The position numbers and the translations under genes are program-made. Positions 26,238 to 35,182 of a stretch of DNA of 39,458 bases are shown in pieces (position 1 is the first letter of the stretch; every line of letters starts with the position of its first letter). The stretch lies in assembly GCA_963594395.1 (NCBI GenBank), contig CAVBFK010000224.1, positions 1 through 39,458 on the forward strand. The letters are read 5' to 3'. The stretch comes from Lachnospiraceae bacterium. Lineage in GTDB: Bacteria > Bacillota > Clostridia > Christensenellales > Aristaeellaceae. Below the pieces are notes generated by a model. The model was not told the origin of the DNA. It made no database searches and was given only the letters and a program-made list of their open reading frames with translations.

Positions 26238-27425
26238 GTGGCACGGAAAAAACGTGATGACTATACCTACCGCAGTATGCGGGATGAACGGGAGTACGGT
26301 TTCTACTGGTACAGCGGCCTGTGGCGTGTTTTGCGGCCGATTCTGGTAGTCACCGCCGCCCTGGTGGTGGTCATTGGCCTGGTGATGACGCTGTGGAATA
26401 AGGTGTATGACGAGTATCTCGCCCCTGTGGATACTACCAATACCACGGCGGTGACCTTCACCGTGGAAAGCGGACAGAGCCTGAGCCGTGTGGCAACCAA
26501 TCTGGAAAAGGCAGAGCTTGTCCGCTCCAAAACGGTATTCAAGTATTATTGCGACTTTGCCGGCATGGGACAGAAGATTCAGTCGGGTACCTATGCCCTG
26601 AATCAATCCATGACCATGCAGGAAATCGCGGATCAATTGACCAAGGGCGACGGCAATCCGCTGGTGCGCACCATTACGTATATCCCCGGCTGGACCATTG
26701 AAGAATTTGCGGACAAGCTGGTGTCGGACGGTGTGCTCAGCGATAGCACCGAATTCCTGAACCTGTGCAAAACGGGTGAGCAGTTCAAGGACTATTACTA
26801 CATTGCCGATGTGCTGGCAACCAGCAACGTCTCTCAGCGGAAGTATGTGCTGGAAGGCTATCTGGCCGCCAACACCTACGAAATCTACACCACGGCCACG
26901 GCGGAAGAAATTATCCGCAAGCTGTTGAGCCAGACGGATGACGTGTTCTCCTCGGAGATGCAGACCCGTGCCGATGAGCTGGGCATGACCATGGACGAAG
27001 TGCTGACCCTGGCATCCCTAATTGAGAAGGAAGCCAAGGAGAGCGACTTTACCAAGGTGTCTGCCGTGTTCCACAACCGGCTGAACCAGAAAATCAAGCT
27101 GGGCAGTGACGTGACAATTCACTACATCACAGGCGTCCGCAAGATGAATTTGTCCTCGGATGACCTGAAGGTGCAGAGCCTGTATAATACCTATCTCCAT
27201 GAAGGCTTGCCCCTGGGTCCCATCTGCACGCCTTCTGAAGCGGCCATCAATGCGGCACTGTATCCTGACGAAACGTACGTGGCGGAGAACTATCTGTACT
27301 TCTGCGCCAAGGATCCGGAAAGCGGCGAATTGTACTTCTCCAAGACCCAGGCGGAGCATGAACAGGCCGTGGCCATTTATTCGCCGCTGTGGGAAGCTTA
27401 TGATGAATCAAGGGGGATCGAATAA
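26238..27425 (+). CDS. mltG: endolytic peptidoglycan transglycosylase MltG (YceG-like)
   Basis: GTG 26238 lies 8 nt after AAGGAGG. An N-terminal TM is followed by a LysM-like segment (FTVESGQSLSRVATNLEKAELV). YceG motifs are present: LASLIEKEA, VFHNRL, YNTYLHEGLPLGPICTPS. Confidence 0.9.
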   Translation: MARKKRDDYTYRSMRDEREYGFYWYSGLWRVLRPILVVTAALVVVIGLVMTLWNKVYDEYLAPVDTTNTTAVTFTVESGQSLSRVATNLEKAELVRSKTVFKYYCDFAGMGQKIQSGTYALNQSMTMQEIADQLTKGDGNPLVRTITYIPGWTIEEFADKLVSDGVLSDSTEFLNLCKTGEQFKDYYYIADVLATSNVSQRKYVLEGYLAANTYEIYTTATAEEIIRKLLSQTDDVFSSEMQTRADELGMTMDEVLTLASLIEKEAKESDFTKVSAVFHNRLNQKIKLGSDVTIHYITGVRKMNLSSDDLKVQSLYNTYLHEGLPLGPICTPSEAAINAALYPDETYVAENYLYFCAKDPESGELYFSKTQAEHEQAVAIYSPLWEAYDESRGIE

Positions 27426-27426
27426 T

Positions 27427-28650
27427 ATGGAACTTCTCTGCCCGGCAGGCAGCATGGAATCCCTCGGCGCGGCGCTTCACTTCGGCGCAGACGCCGTTTA
27501 TGGCGGCATGAAGCGCTTCGGCTTGCGTGCCTTTGCAGGCAACTTTGACGAAAAGCAGTTGCAGGCGGCGGTGGCACAGACCCACCAAGCAGGCAAGAAA
27601 TTTTACCTGACCATGAATGTGTTCCCTTTTGATGATCAGATGGATGCCTTTGTGGCCGGTGCACGGGTTGCCATGGCCAGCGGCATTGATGCGGCGATTG
27701 TCAGCGATTTGGGCGCCATTACCCGCCTTCGCAAAGAACTCCCCGGCCTGCCGATCCATGTCAGCACCCAGGCCAATACGGTGAACAGCGATGCGGTGGC
27801 ACATTATCGTGACATGGGCTGCGCACGGGTCATCCTTGCCCGTGAGGTGAGCCTGAACCGCATGGCAGCCATTCATCAGAAACTGGGGGACAGCATTGAG
27901 CTGGAATCCTTCGTGCACGGCGCGGCATGCATGGCCTATTCGGGTCGATGCATGCTCAGCGCGGCACTGACGGGACGCAGCGCCAACCAGGGCGAGTGCG
28001 CTCAGCCCTGCCGCTGGCAGTATGCTGTCATGGAGCAGAAGCGCCCCGGTGAATATCTGCCGGTGTGCGAAGATGAAAACGGCACCTACATTTTCTCAGC
28101 CAAGGATTTGAACCTTCTGCCCCTTTTGCCCCAGCTTCGGGATGCCGGCATTGCCAGCCTGAAGATTGAGGGCAGAATGAAGACGGAGTATTACGTGGCT
28201 ACGGTGACCTCGGTTTATCGCCGTGCACTGGATCTGCTGGAGCAGGGCGACGATGCTTTCCAAGCGGCACTGCCGGCACTGATGGAAGAATTGCAGTGCG
28301 CCAGCCACCGCGACAGCGATACGGGCTTTGCTTTGGGCAGACCGTCTCAGCCCGGCGGCGCAGAAGGATTTCATCAATCCCGTGAGTACGTGGCTCGGGT
28401 CATGGAAGGCGCAGAAGCAGGGCAGGAAGCCCGGCTGATGCTGAAGAATCGTTTCTGTGCAGGCGATGCGCTGGAGCTCATGACCCCCGGTGGCACCGTG
28501 CAGGTGGAGGCAACGCCCTTCTTGCGGGAGAAAACCGGTGAAACCCTGGATACACTGGGCATTGCGGGAGAAATGATCCGCATGAAGATGCCCGTCAAAA
28601 CGGAAGCCGGCGACATTCTGCGCGGCCCGGTGCGGAATCACAGAACCTGA
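27427..28650 (+). CDS. peptidase U32 family protein
   Basis: Start at MELLCPAGSMESLGAALHFGADAVYGG, a typical U32 N-terminus. The Cys-rich central motif ECAQPCRW is present. It follows mltG directly. Confidence 0.88.
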   Translation: MELLCPAGSMESLGAALHFGADAVYGGMKRFGLRAFAGNFDEKQLQAAVAQTHQAGKKFYLTMNVFPFDDQMDAFVAGARVAMASGIDAAIVSDLGAITRLRKELPGLPIHVSTQANTVNSDAVAHYRDMGCARVILAREVSLNRMAAIHQKLGDSIELESFVHGAACMAYSGRCMLSAALTGRSANQGECAQPCRWQYAVMEQKRPGEYLPVCEDENGTYIFSAKDLNLLPLLPQLRDAGIASLKIEGRMKTEYYVATVTSVYRRALDLLEQGDDAFQAALPALMEELQCASHRDSDTGFALGRPSQPGGAEGFHQSREYVARVMEGAEAGQEARLMLKNRFCAGDALELMTPGGTVQVEATPFLREKTGETLDTLGIAGEMIRMKMPVKTEAGDILRGPVRNHRT

Positions 28651-28759
28651 TGTTGCTTTGCAAAGAAAATGATACAACCGGAGAAAAAAGAAGGGGAAGA
28701 GCACGCTATGAAGGGGCTTCACTCTTCTTACGGAAATGCAAGATGAGCACAATTTCGGG

Positions 28760-28788
28760 TTGAAAACGCAGAAAAACTATGGTAATAT
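28760..28788 (+). promoter_or_regulatory. sigma-70-type promoter for rex
   Basis: TTGAAA (28760-28765), 17-nt spacer, TAATAT (28783-28788). Confidence 0.65.
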
Positions 28789-28791
28789 GAA

Positions 28792-28809
28792 GCGTGAAAT
28801 AATTCACTT
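28792..28809 (+). promoter_or_regulatory. Rex operator (autoregulatory)
   Basis: gcGTGAAataaTTCACtt matches the core of the Rex box TTGTGAA-N4-TTCACAA. It sits immediately downstream of the -10 element. Confidence 0.65.
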
Positions 28810-28837
28810 GCACTTTGCATAGGATGGAGGATTGCGA

Positions 28838-29467
28838 ATGGCAGGGTATGTATCGGATGCAGTGATCAGGCGTTTGCCCGGATATTATCGTCACTTGCGG
28901 GAATTGGAAGCCGCAGGGGTGACGCAGATTTCTTCTCAAGAGCTGGGCAAACGCATGCAGTTAACGCCTTCGCAGATCCGTCAGGATATCAATTGCTTCG
29001 GCGGTTTCGGCCGTCAGGGCTATGGCTATAAGGTCAGCGACCTGAAGATGCACATTGGCGAGATCCTGGGTCTCGATAAGGTGCACCGCATGATCATTCT
29101 GGGTGTTGGCAACATCGGCAGTGCCGTGGCTAACTATCCCACCTTTACCCGTGAGGGATTTGAAACGGTGGCCATGTTTGATGTGGATCCAGCCAAGGTC
29201 GGTACCCGCGTAAACGGCGCACCTGTGTATCCCATGGATGATCTGGAAAATTTCCTGGGGGATAACAAGGTAGACGTGGCCGTGCTGGCTGTTCCTGCTA
29301 AGGTGGCGCAGGCAACCATGGATCGCTTGGTGGCATGCAAGGTGGGCGCTGTGTGGAACTTCGCTCCGACGGATCTTCAGCATCCCGACAGCATGATTGT
29401 TGTCAATGTTCACTTGAGCGACAGCTTGCAGATTTTGTCCTATAAAATGGCACATGCCGGTGAATAA
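28838..29467 (+). CDS. rex: redox-sensing transcriptional repressor Rex
   Basis: MAGYVSDAVIRRLPGYYRHLRELEAAGVTQISSQELG (winged helix), QIRQDINCFGGFGRQGYGY, and the Rossmann motif ILGVGNIG. Confidence 0.93.
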   Translation: MAGYVSDAVIRRLPGYYRHLRELEAAGVTQISSQELGKRMQLTPSQIRQDINCFGGFGRQGYGYKVSDLKMHIGEILGLDKVHRMIILGVGNIGSAVANYPTFTREGFETVAMFDVDPAKVGTRVNGAPVYPMDDLENFLGDNKVDVAVLAVPAKVAQATMDRLVACKVGAVWNFAPTDLQHPDSMIVVNVHLSDSLQILSYKMAHAGE

Positions 29468-29484
29468 AACGGAGGACGTACTTC

Positions 29485-31305
29485 ATGGATCAGACCCCGC
29501 GCGATGCACAAAATGATAGCAATAATGTACCGCTGTATGACGGGGATGGGGAGACTGTACAGGTGCAATACCGCCGCCGCTCGGTGGAGCCCCAGCAGGT
29601 AGGCACCTACGGACACCGCGGCGCCCGGGTGGAGCAAAGGCGTCAGCCGCTTGGCCGCAGTGAAGAACTGCGCCAGGCACAGGAAGAAAGATACCAGAAC
29701 AGTCAGTACAATAACGACCGCAGCCTATACGGCGGCGATCCATATAGCCGAAGGGCACCTTATCAAGCGGATGACGAGCCTCCGAAAAAGACGAAGAAGC
29801 GCAAGAATAAGAAGAAAAAAAGCGTTGCTTCGCGAATCGGTTGGGGATTCGTCATTTTGCTGTGTCTGCTGTGTATCGGCACCATGGGACTGTTTGTGGC
29901 ACCTCAGCTGCTGGGCGTGCAGTTTGCAACGCTTCCCAACTACGCCTTTGCCAACGGTATGGTCATCAGCCTGGATGCAGATACCTACAGCCAGTACCGT
30001 AGCCTGCGCCAGTACATGAATTCCGGCACCATCTACAGCGGCGTGACCATTGACGGCGTGGATGTGGGCGGCATGACGAAGGATGAAGCCACCTTGGCGG
30101 TCAGCCGCGTCAGTGCTACGGAGGGCTCGTCTTTCCAGATTACCGTAAACGTGGACGGCCAGAGCTGGAGCATCGATTCCAGCAATGTGCCCATGACGCG
30201 GAACATTCAGGAAATGGTGGATAAGGCGTATGCCTACGGGCGGAGCAATACCACCTCCATCCGCGGCACAGGCATAACACCTTTTCAGGAGCGGATCAAT
30301 GAGGTATCTGCCCTGCAGGCAAACCCTGTGAACCTGACCACCGCCATTACCTATGATCGTGATACCATCCGCACCATGACGGAGAGCATCGCGGCATCAA
30401 TCAACTGCGATCCCGTGAATGCCTCGGTGGCATCCTTTGATTTCAGCACCAAGACGTTCACCTTCAATTCAGATACCTCCGGCGCCTACGTCAGCGCTAC
30501 GGATATCTATGATCAGGTGATTGCCTGCCTGGATGCAGGGGATAATCACGCGACCATCGATGTGGAAGTCGAAATTCTGCTGGCGGAAACCACCAAGGCA
30601 GAGCTGATGAACAGCTTCCGCAAGGTCTCCAGCTACACGACGCAAACCACCAAGAACGCGAACCGCAATACCAACATCCGCCTTTCTGCAGAGGCCATTA
30701 ACGGTATTACGGTTCAGCCCGGCGAAACCTTCTCGTTCAACGAGGCTACCGGCCAGCGGACGGAAGAAAAGGGCTATAAGGCGGCCGCGGCTATCTCCGG
30801 CGGACAAAGCAAAGATGAGATTGGCGGCGGTGTGTGCCAAACCAGCTCTACCCTGTTCAATGCGGTGGCTCGGGCAAACCTGGAGATTGTGTACCGCAGT
30901 CCCCACGCGTGGCCGTCTTCCTATGTGGAAAAGGGCATGGACGCTACGGTGAACTGGCCGAACCTGGACTTCAAGTTCCGCAATGATACGGACTGGCCGA
31001 TTTTCATCGTGGCATGGTACGAAAACCGTGAAGTGACGGTGGAAATCTACGGCATGAGCCTCGGCGAAGGAATCACCATCGATCTGGAGAGCGAGGTCAC
31101 CAAGACCATCCAGGCTCCGGAAGGCATTAAGTATGTGCAGAATACGGATCTGCCTGCGGGTACCAGCCAGAAGACGGTCAGCGCCAGAAAGGGCTATGAG
31201 GTCAACACCTATAAGGTGTGGTACCAAAATGGCAAGGAGATCAGCCGCGAACTGCTGTGTACATCCACCTATAAGGCGTATCAGGAGACGGTCGAATACA
31301 ATTAA
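29485..31305 (+). CDS. VanW-family protein with a C-terminal G5 domain and disordered N-terminus
   Basis: The N-terminal 110 aa or so are low-complexity and end in KKTKKRKNKKKK, followed by one TM. The VanW core is PGETFSFNEATGQRTEEKGY...GGGVCQTSSTLFNA. The C-terminal G5-like segment is TDLPAGTSQKTVSARKGYEVNTYKVWYQNGKE. Confidence 0.85.
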   Translation: MDQTPRDAQNDSNNVPLYDGDGETVQVQYRRRSVEPQQVGTYGHRGARVEQRRQPLGRSEELRQAQEERYQNSQYNNDRSLYGGDPYSRRAPYQADDEPPKKTKKRKNKKKKSVASRIGWGFVILLCLLCIGTMGLFVAPQLLGVQFATLPNYAFANGMVISLDADTYSQYRSLRQYMNSGTIYSGVTIDGVDVGGMTKDEATLAVSRVSATEGSSFQITVNVDGQSWSIDSSNVPMTRNIQEMVDKAYAYGRSNTTSIRGTGITPFQERINEVSALQANPVNLTTAITYDRDTIRTMTESIAASINCDPVNASVASFDFSTKTFTFNSDTSGAYVSATDIYDQVIACLDAGDNHATIDVEVEILLAETTKAELMNSFRKVSSYTTQTTKNANRNTNIRLSAEAINGITVQPGETFSFNEATGQRTEEKGYKAAAAISGGQSKDEIGGGVCQTSSTLFNAVARANLEIVYRSPHAWPSSYVEKGMDATVNWPNLDFKFRNDTDWPIFIVAWYENREVTVEIYGMSLGEGITIDLESEVTKTIQAPEGIKYVQNTDLPAGTSQKTVSARKGYEVNTYKVWYQNGKEISRELLCTSTYKAYQETVEYN

Positions 31306-31315
31306 AACAACGACG

Positions 31316-31352
31316 GGAAGTGCGTATTGCAAAAGTACGCCTTCCTGTTTTT
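31316..31352 (+). terminator. intrinsic terminator after the VanW gene
   Basis: ggaag(t)gcgta-N9-tacgccttcc followed by TGTTTTT. Confidence 0.7.
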
Positions 31353-31470
31353 GTTTGCACAAAAAGATTGTCAAAAAAATATTCAGGTTACGCTATGCAA
31401 ACTCTAGGACGAGCTTGTATAATAGCAGCATACATCGGGAGGATCCGATGAAAAAAGGAGGAAATCTCAA

Positions 31471-31983
31471 ATGAAAAAGGTACTCGCTCTTCTGCTGGCT
31501 CTTGCTCTGATGCTGCCCGTGTTCGCTGTGGCTGAGGATGCCATCGTGATCGGCCAGGTGGACTACGCCGCTCACGGCACCAAGTGCTTTGCTGTGCTGA
31601 CCGTTGCTGTGCAGGGTGACACCATCGTTGCCGCTTACATCGATGAGTTCCAGTTCATGGACGCCACCACGGCTGTAGGTGTGCCGAACAGCGACGCTGA
31701 TTTTGGCACCAGCTACCCCGAAGGCAAGGTGCTGGCCTCCAAGAAGACCAATGCCGCCCTGTATAGCGAAAACATGCAGAAGGCCGGCTCTACCCAGGCT
31801 CTGGATGTGAACTACGCCGCCATCGAAGCTTATGTCACCGGCAAGACCGTTGCTGAGCTGGAAGCCGCCATCGAAGGCAAGACCTCCGAGGAAATGGTGG
31901 ATGTCGTGTCCGGCTGCACGCTGGTGGATACCCTGGGCTATGTGCAGGGTTTGCTGGAAGCTGCTAAGTCCGTGGCAAAGTAA
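31471..31983 (+). CDS. secreted FMN_bind-like domain protein
   Basis: Signal peptide MKKVLALLLALALMLPVFAVA. The C-terminal DVVSGCTLVDT resembles the Dxx(S/T)GA(S/T) flavinylation motif of FMN_bind domains, with Cys in place of Ala. SD AAAGGAGG. Confidence 0.55.
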   Translation: MKKVLALLLALALMLPVFAVAEDAIVIGQVDYAAHGTKCFAVLTVAVQGDTIVAAYIDEFQFMDATTAVGVPNSDADFGTSYPEGKVLASKKTNAALYSENMQKAGSTQALDVNYAAIEAYVTGKTVAELEAAIEGKTSEEMVDVVSGCTLVDTLGYVQGLLEAAKSVAK

Positions 31984-32003
31984 AAGAACCATCAACTAAA
32001 GCA

Positions 32004-32041
32004 AGAGGCTGTTGCGAAAATGTTCGCAACAGCCTCTTTTA
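32004..32041. terminator. intrinsic terminator between convergent genes
   Basis: agaggctgttgcgaa-aatg-ttcgcaacagcctct followed by TTTTAT. Confidence 0.8.
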
Positions 32042-32046
32042 TGTGG

Positions 32047-32198
32047 TTTTCGGGGTGGGTGTGGGAGGTAAGTGAGCGGACTCGCGCCAGTGGCGCGAAT
32101 TGTGTCCGCGAACGCATCAACCGAAACGAGCGGCTAAAGGCCGCGACGATTGAGGTTGCGGGTAGCTTCTTACTGAAAAGCTGCCCTTCCGCAAAATC
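32047..32198. repeat. long copy of the structured intergenic repeat (same termini as 5694-5751, about 110-nt internal insert)
   Basis: The left arm ttttcggggtgggtgTgggagg and right arm aaaagcTgcccTTccgcaaaaTc match the short copy. The interior holds nested GC hairpins (gcggac...gtccgc, cgcgcc-agtg-gcgcg). Confidence 0.6.
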
Positions 32199-32205
32199 TT
32201 TATCC

Positions 32206-33813
32206 TCAATGCAACTCTGCGAAGCAGCGGGAGCCGACGGTGCGGTGCCACTGGAGCAGCACGATGTCCAGCACCAGGGTGAAGGCAGTGACACAGAGCA
32301 TGTAGGCATCAACCGTCATCATGTGGCAAACCAGCAGGTACAAGCCAACCATGGCTGCAACGTAGAGGATAGCGGCCAGAATGGCAATGATGACGCCAGC
32401 ACCTTGCTTGATGGGGGTGGACTCGCTGGTCCACTGAAGAACGGGCATCCGCAGACCAAGCAATAGGTCAAAGGCGGCACACAGCACCACAAACAGCTGG
32501 GGCAGAAGCAGCGTGTAGATCATCTGCACGGCGGAAAGCTTGGTTACGAAGAAAATGCAAATGCTGCAGAACAGTGCCGGCAGACCGGTCACCACCCAGT
32601 GCGCGGCCATCTTGGCACCCAGGATCTGAATGGGGCGAATGGGCAGGGACTGCAACAGCCATAACTGCTTGGCATCCAGAGAAACGGAAGGCTCTGCCAC
32701 ATCGTTCATCGAAATGATCAGCATGAGCGTGGCGCAGAGAACAGCAGGCATCAGGTCGCCAGCCAGCTCCGGAATGAAGCTCATCATGTTCAGCAGATCG
32801 GATCCCTTGATCAAAAGGGCAATGCCGGCAATGGGCAGGAAGAAGATGCCCGGGCCGCAGTTCATGATGTAGCTGGAGTTGCTGAAGAAGTGGCTTAGCT
32901 CGTTGCTCAGCAGGGAAACGGATAGACCCTTCTGACGAAGCTCCACCTTTTTGCCGGAAGCACTGGCATTGGTGGAAGCGGCGGTTGCAATCTTCAGGAA
33001 GCTGTGGGACACCAGCAGGTAGGTGAGCGCAAACAGCACGAGGATCACGGCCGTTACGATCAGCAGGGGCAGGGGATCACCCACGCTTGCCTGACCGAAG
33101 ATGTAGACGGGATAGGCGGCACCCTTCACAGCCTCGCCAATGGCGGAAGCATTCTCAACAAAGCTGTTGATGCCGTCCGTCAAACGGCTGCTCAATCCGT
33201 AGTAGAGGCCAAGGAACAGCATGCCCACGATGGCAGACAGGAGTCCTTTGTTCTTCATCTTCAGGCTCAGCCGAGCAACGACCCAGCCGAAGAAGCAGGA
33301 CAGCGTCAGCACAAAGATGGAGATCAGCACCAGCATCAGCAGGCCGCCGACGATCGTCATCACGGTGATAGGCGCCAGGCACCAGTACACGATGACCGCG
33401 GGGAGCATCACCACCCAGGAATACATCAGACCCATCAGGTAGACGCTGGTCAGCCGAGCGGCAATGATACTTCTGACCGGAATGGGCATGGACAGCAGCA
33501 GATCATTGTCCTTGGGCAGGTACAGGCTTGCGTAGGTGTTAAACACACTGCCGAAGGATCCGAGGAAAACGGCAATGAACCCAAACAAGGCAAAGTACAG
33601 CCAACCCAAGCCGGCGGGAATGATCATGGAGCCGATACCGTAAGCAAAGAATGCGCACAGGCCGCCCATGACGCCAACCATCAGGAAGGCAAAGCCCAGA
33701 ATCATGAGGGCTCTGGCAGAAGCGGAACGCGCTTTGCCGGTCTTCATGTTGTAGTTGTACTTGCGGAAGATTTCCGCCAACTGCTTTTTCAGCAGAAGCT
33801 TCAGCATGGTCAA
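32206..33813 (-). CDS. ABC exporter permease (large polytopic membrane protein)
   Basis: A 535-aa protein with many hydrophobic helices. Its start overlaps the upstream ATPase stop by 4 nt (33810-33813). Confidence 0.75.
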   Translation of the reverse strand: MTMLKLLLKKQLAEIFRKYNYNMKTGKARSASARALMILGFAFLMVGVMGGLCAFFAYGIGSMIIPAGLGWLYFALFGFIAVFLGSFGSVFNTYASLYLPKDNDLLLSMPIPVRSIIAARLTSVYLMGLMYSWVVMLPAVIVYWCLAPITVMTIVGGLLMLVLISIFVLTLSCFFGWVVARLSLKMKNKGLLSAIVGMLFLGLYYGLSSRLTDGINSFVENASAIGEAVKGAAYPVYIFGQASVGDPLPLLIVTAVILVLFALTYLLVSHSFLKIATAASTNASASGKKVELRQKGLSVSLLSNELSHFFSNSSYIMNCGPGIFFLPIAGIALLIKGSDLLNMMSFIPELAGDLMPAVLCATLMLIISMNDVAEPSVSLDAKQLWLLQSLPIRPIQILGAKMAAHWVVTGLPALFCSICIFFVTKLSAVQMIYTLLLPQLFVVLCAAFDLLLGLRMPVLQWTSESTPIKQGAGVIIAILAAILYVAAMVGLYLLVCHMMTVDAYMLCVTAFTLVLDIVLLQWHRTVGSRCFAELH

Positions 33814-34517
33814 TCACCCTCCAGTTCCAGGAACACCTGCTCCAGAGAGTCATCGCCGCGGACTTCCTCCATGGTGCCGGAACGGATCAGCTTGCCGCCC
33901 TTGATGATGGCAACCTTGTCGCACAGCTTTTCAGCCACTTCCAGCACGTGGGTGGAGAAGAAGATGGCACCGCCCTGATCGCACAGCTCGCGCATCATGG
34001 TCTTCAGCAGGTGAGCGGCCAGAGGATCCAGACCCACGAAGGGCTCGTCCATCAGCACCAGCTTGGGCTGATGAATCCATGCGGCAATAATGGCCAGCTT
34101 CTGCTTCATGCCGTGAGAATAGGAAGAAATGGGGTTGTTCAGCGCACCGGTGATTTCAAACCGTGCGGCGTAGTCGTCAATGCGTGCCTTGCGGTCGGCA
34201 GAAGAGACGCCGTAGACGTCGGCAATGAAGTTCAGGTACTTGTTGCCGGACATGAATTCGTAGAGGTCGGGGTTGTCCGGAATGTACGCCATGATTTTCT
34301 TGCAGCTCATGGGATCATCCTTGATGGACTTACCGTTAATGAGGATCGTGCCCTCGGTGAAATTCAGGATGCCTGCCACAGCCTTCAGGGTAGTGGTTTT
34401 GCCTGCACCGTTGTGGCCGATGAAACCGTAGATTTCGCCGGGCTTGATGTGCAGGGAAAGATCGTCCACGGCCTTCGACGTGCCGTAAGTCTTGGAATAG
34501 TGCTCAATTTGAAGCAT
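33810..34517 (-). CDS. ABC transporter ATP-binding protein
   Basis: Start at MLQIEHYSKTYG (ATG 34517), after GGAGGAAG. Walker A GHNGAGKTT, signature YSHGMKQKL, Walker B LVLMDEP. Confidence 0.92.
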   Translation of the reverse strand: MLQIEHYSKTYGTSKAVDDLSLHIKPGEIYGFIGHNGAGKTTTLKAVAGILNFTEGTILINGKSIKDDPMSCKKIMAYIPDNPDLYEFMSGNKYLNFIADVYGVSSADRKARIDDYAARFEITGALNNPISSYSHGMKQKLAIIAAWIHQPKLVLMDEPFVGLDPLAAHLLKTMMRELCDQGGAIFFSTHVLEVAEKLCDKVAIIKGGKLIRSGTMEEVRGDDSLEQVFLELEGD

Positions 34518-34561
34518 TGCTTCTTCCTCCTTATTCCACATTGCAGTGAACATACCCTCTC

Positions 34562-34589
34562 ATTATATAGCGGGAAGAAAAAAATACAA
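34562..34589 (-). promoter_or_regulatory. candidate promoter for the ABC operon
   Basis: Minus strand reads TTGTAT, 16-nt spacer, TATAAT. Confidence 0.4.
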
Positions 34590-34664
34590 GCAGTTTTTCA
34601 ACATCAGAGGGTAAAAATGTTGAAAAATGTCGGGAACATGATGAAAAAATTTGAACGAAAGCCC

Positions 34665-34693
34665 TTGCCAAATGCTTGCGGTTCTGCTATAAT
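34665..34693 (+). promoter_or_regulatory. sigma-70-type promoter for rpsF-ssb-rpsR
   Basis: TTGCCA (34665-34670), 17-nt spacer, TATAAT (34688-34693). Confidence 0.7.
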
Positions 34694-34759
34694 CTCATCT
34701 TGGCACATCCTTGCGCTACACATGGATGTAGCGCCAAAGTCCGTGAGGAGGTGAAAGGT
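34694..34759 (+). promoter_or_regulatory. rpsF 5-prime leader hairpin (candidate S6:S18 autoregulatory element)
   Basis: The gcgctaca-catgga-tgtagcgc hairpin lies between the promoter and the SD GAGGAGGTG. Confidence 0.45.
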
Positions 34760-35161
34760 ATGAATAGGTATGATTTGACCTACATCATCGACACTGCACT
34801 GGAGGAAACTGCTCGTAAGGAGCTGATTGAAAAGGTTTCCGCCCTGATCGTGGCTAACGGTGGTGAAGTGGAAAAGGTCGACGAGACTTGGGGCAAGCGC
34901 CGTCTGGCGTATGCCATCAACTACAAGACCGAGGGTTGGTACGTGCAGGTGACCTTCAAGGCACCCGCTGAGTTCCCCCGCGAGCTTGAGCGTAACCTGG
35001 AGATCTACGACAGCGTCATCCGCTATCTGGTGGTGAAGCTGGTTGAGAAGCGCAGCAATGTGAAGCCCCGCGCTGCTCGTCCCGTGGCTGCTCCTGCGGC
35101 TGAAGCTGCTGTTGAAGCTGCTCCCGCTGAAGAAGCTCCCGCTACTGCTGACGCTGAGTAA
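34760..35161 (+). CDS. rpsF: 30S ribosomal protein S6 (with Ala/Glu-rich C-terminal tail)
   Basis: MNRYDLTYIIDTAL..., WGKRRLAYAIN. Conserved rpsF-ssb-rpsR order. Confidence 0.95.
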   Translation: MNRYDLTYIIDTALEETARKELIEKVSALIVANGGEVEKVDETWGKRRLAYAINYKTEGWYVQVTFKAPAEFPRELERNLEIYDSVIRYLVVKLVEKRSNVKPRAARPVAAPAAEAAVEAAPAEEAPATADAE

Positions 35162-35182
35162 GACGTCCACGAGGGTAAAAGC

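Noticed and set aside
28838-34517. Reading rex, VanW, the FMN_bind-like protein and the ABC exporter as one redox or extracellular-electron-transfer system.
   Set aside because: The genes are separated by intrinsic terminators and have their own promoters. The ABC pair is convergent. No ApbE, Ndh2, quinone-biosynthesis or cytochrome genes are present. The grouping is adjacency only.
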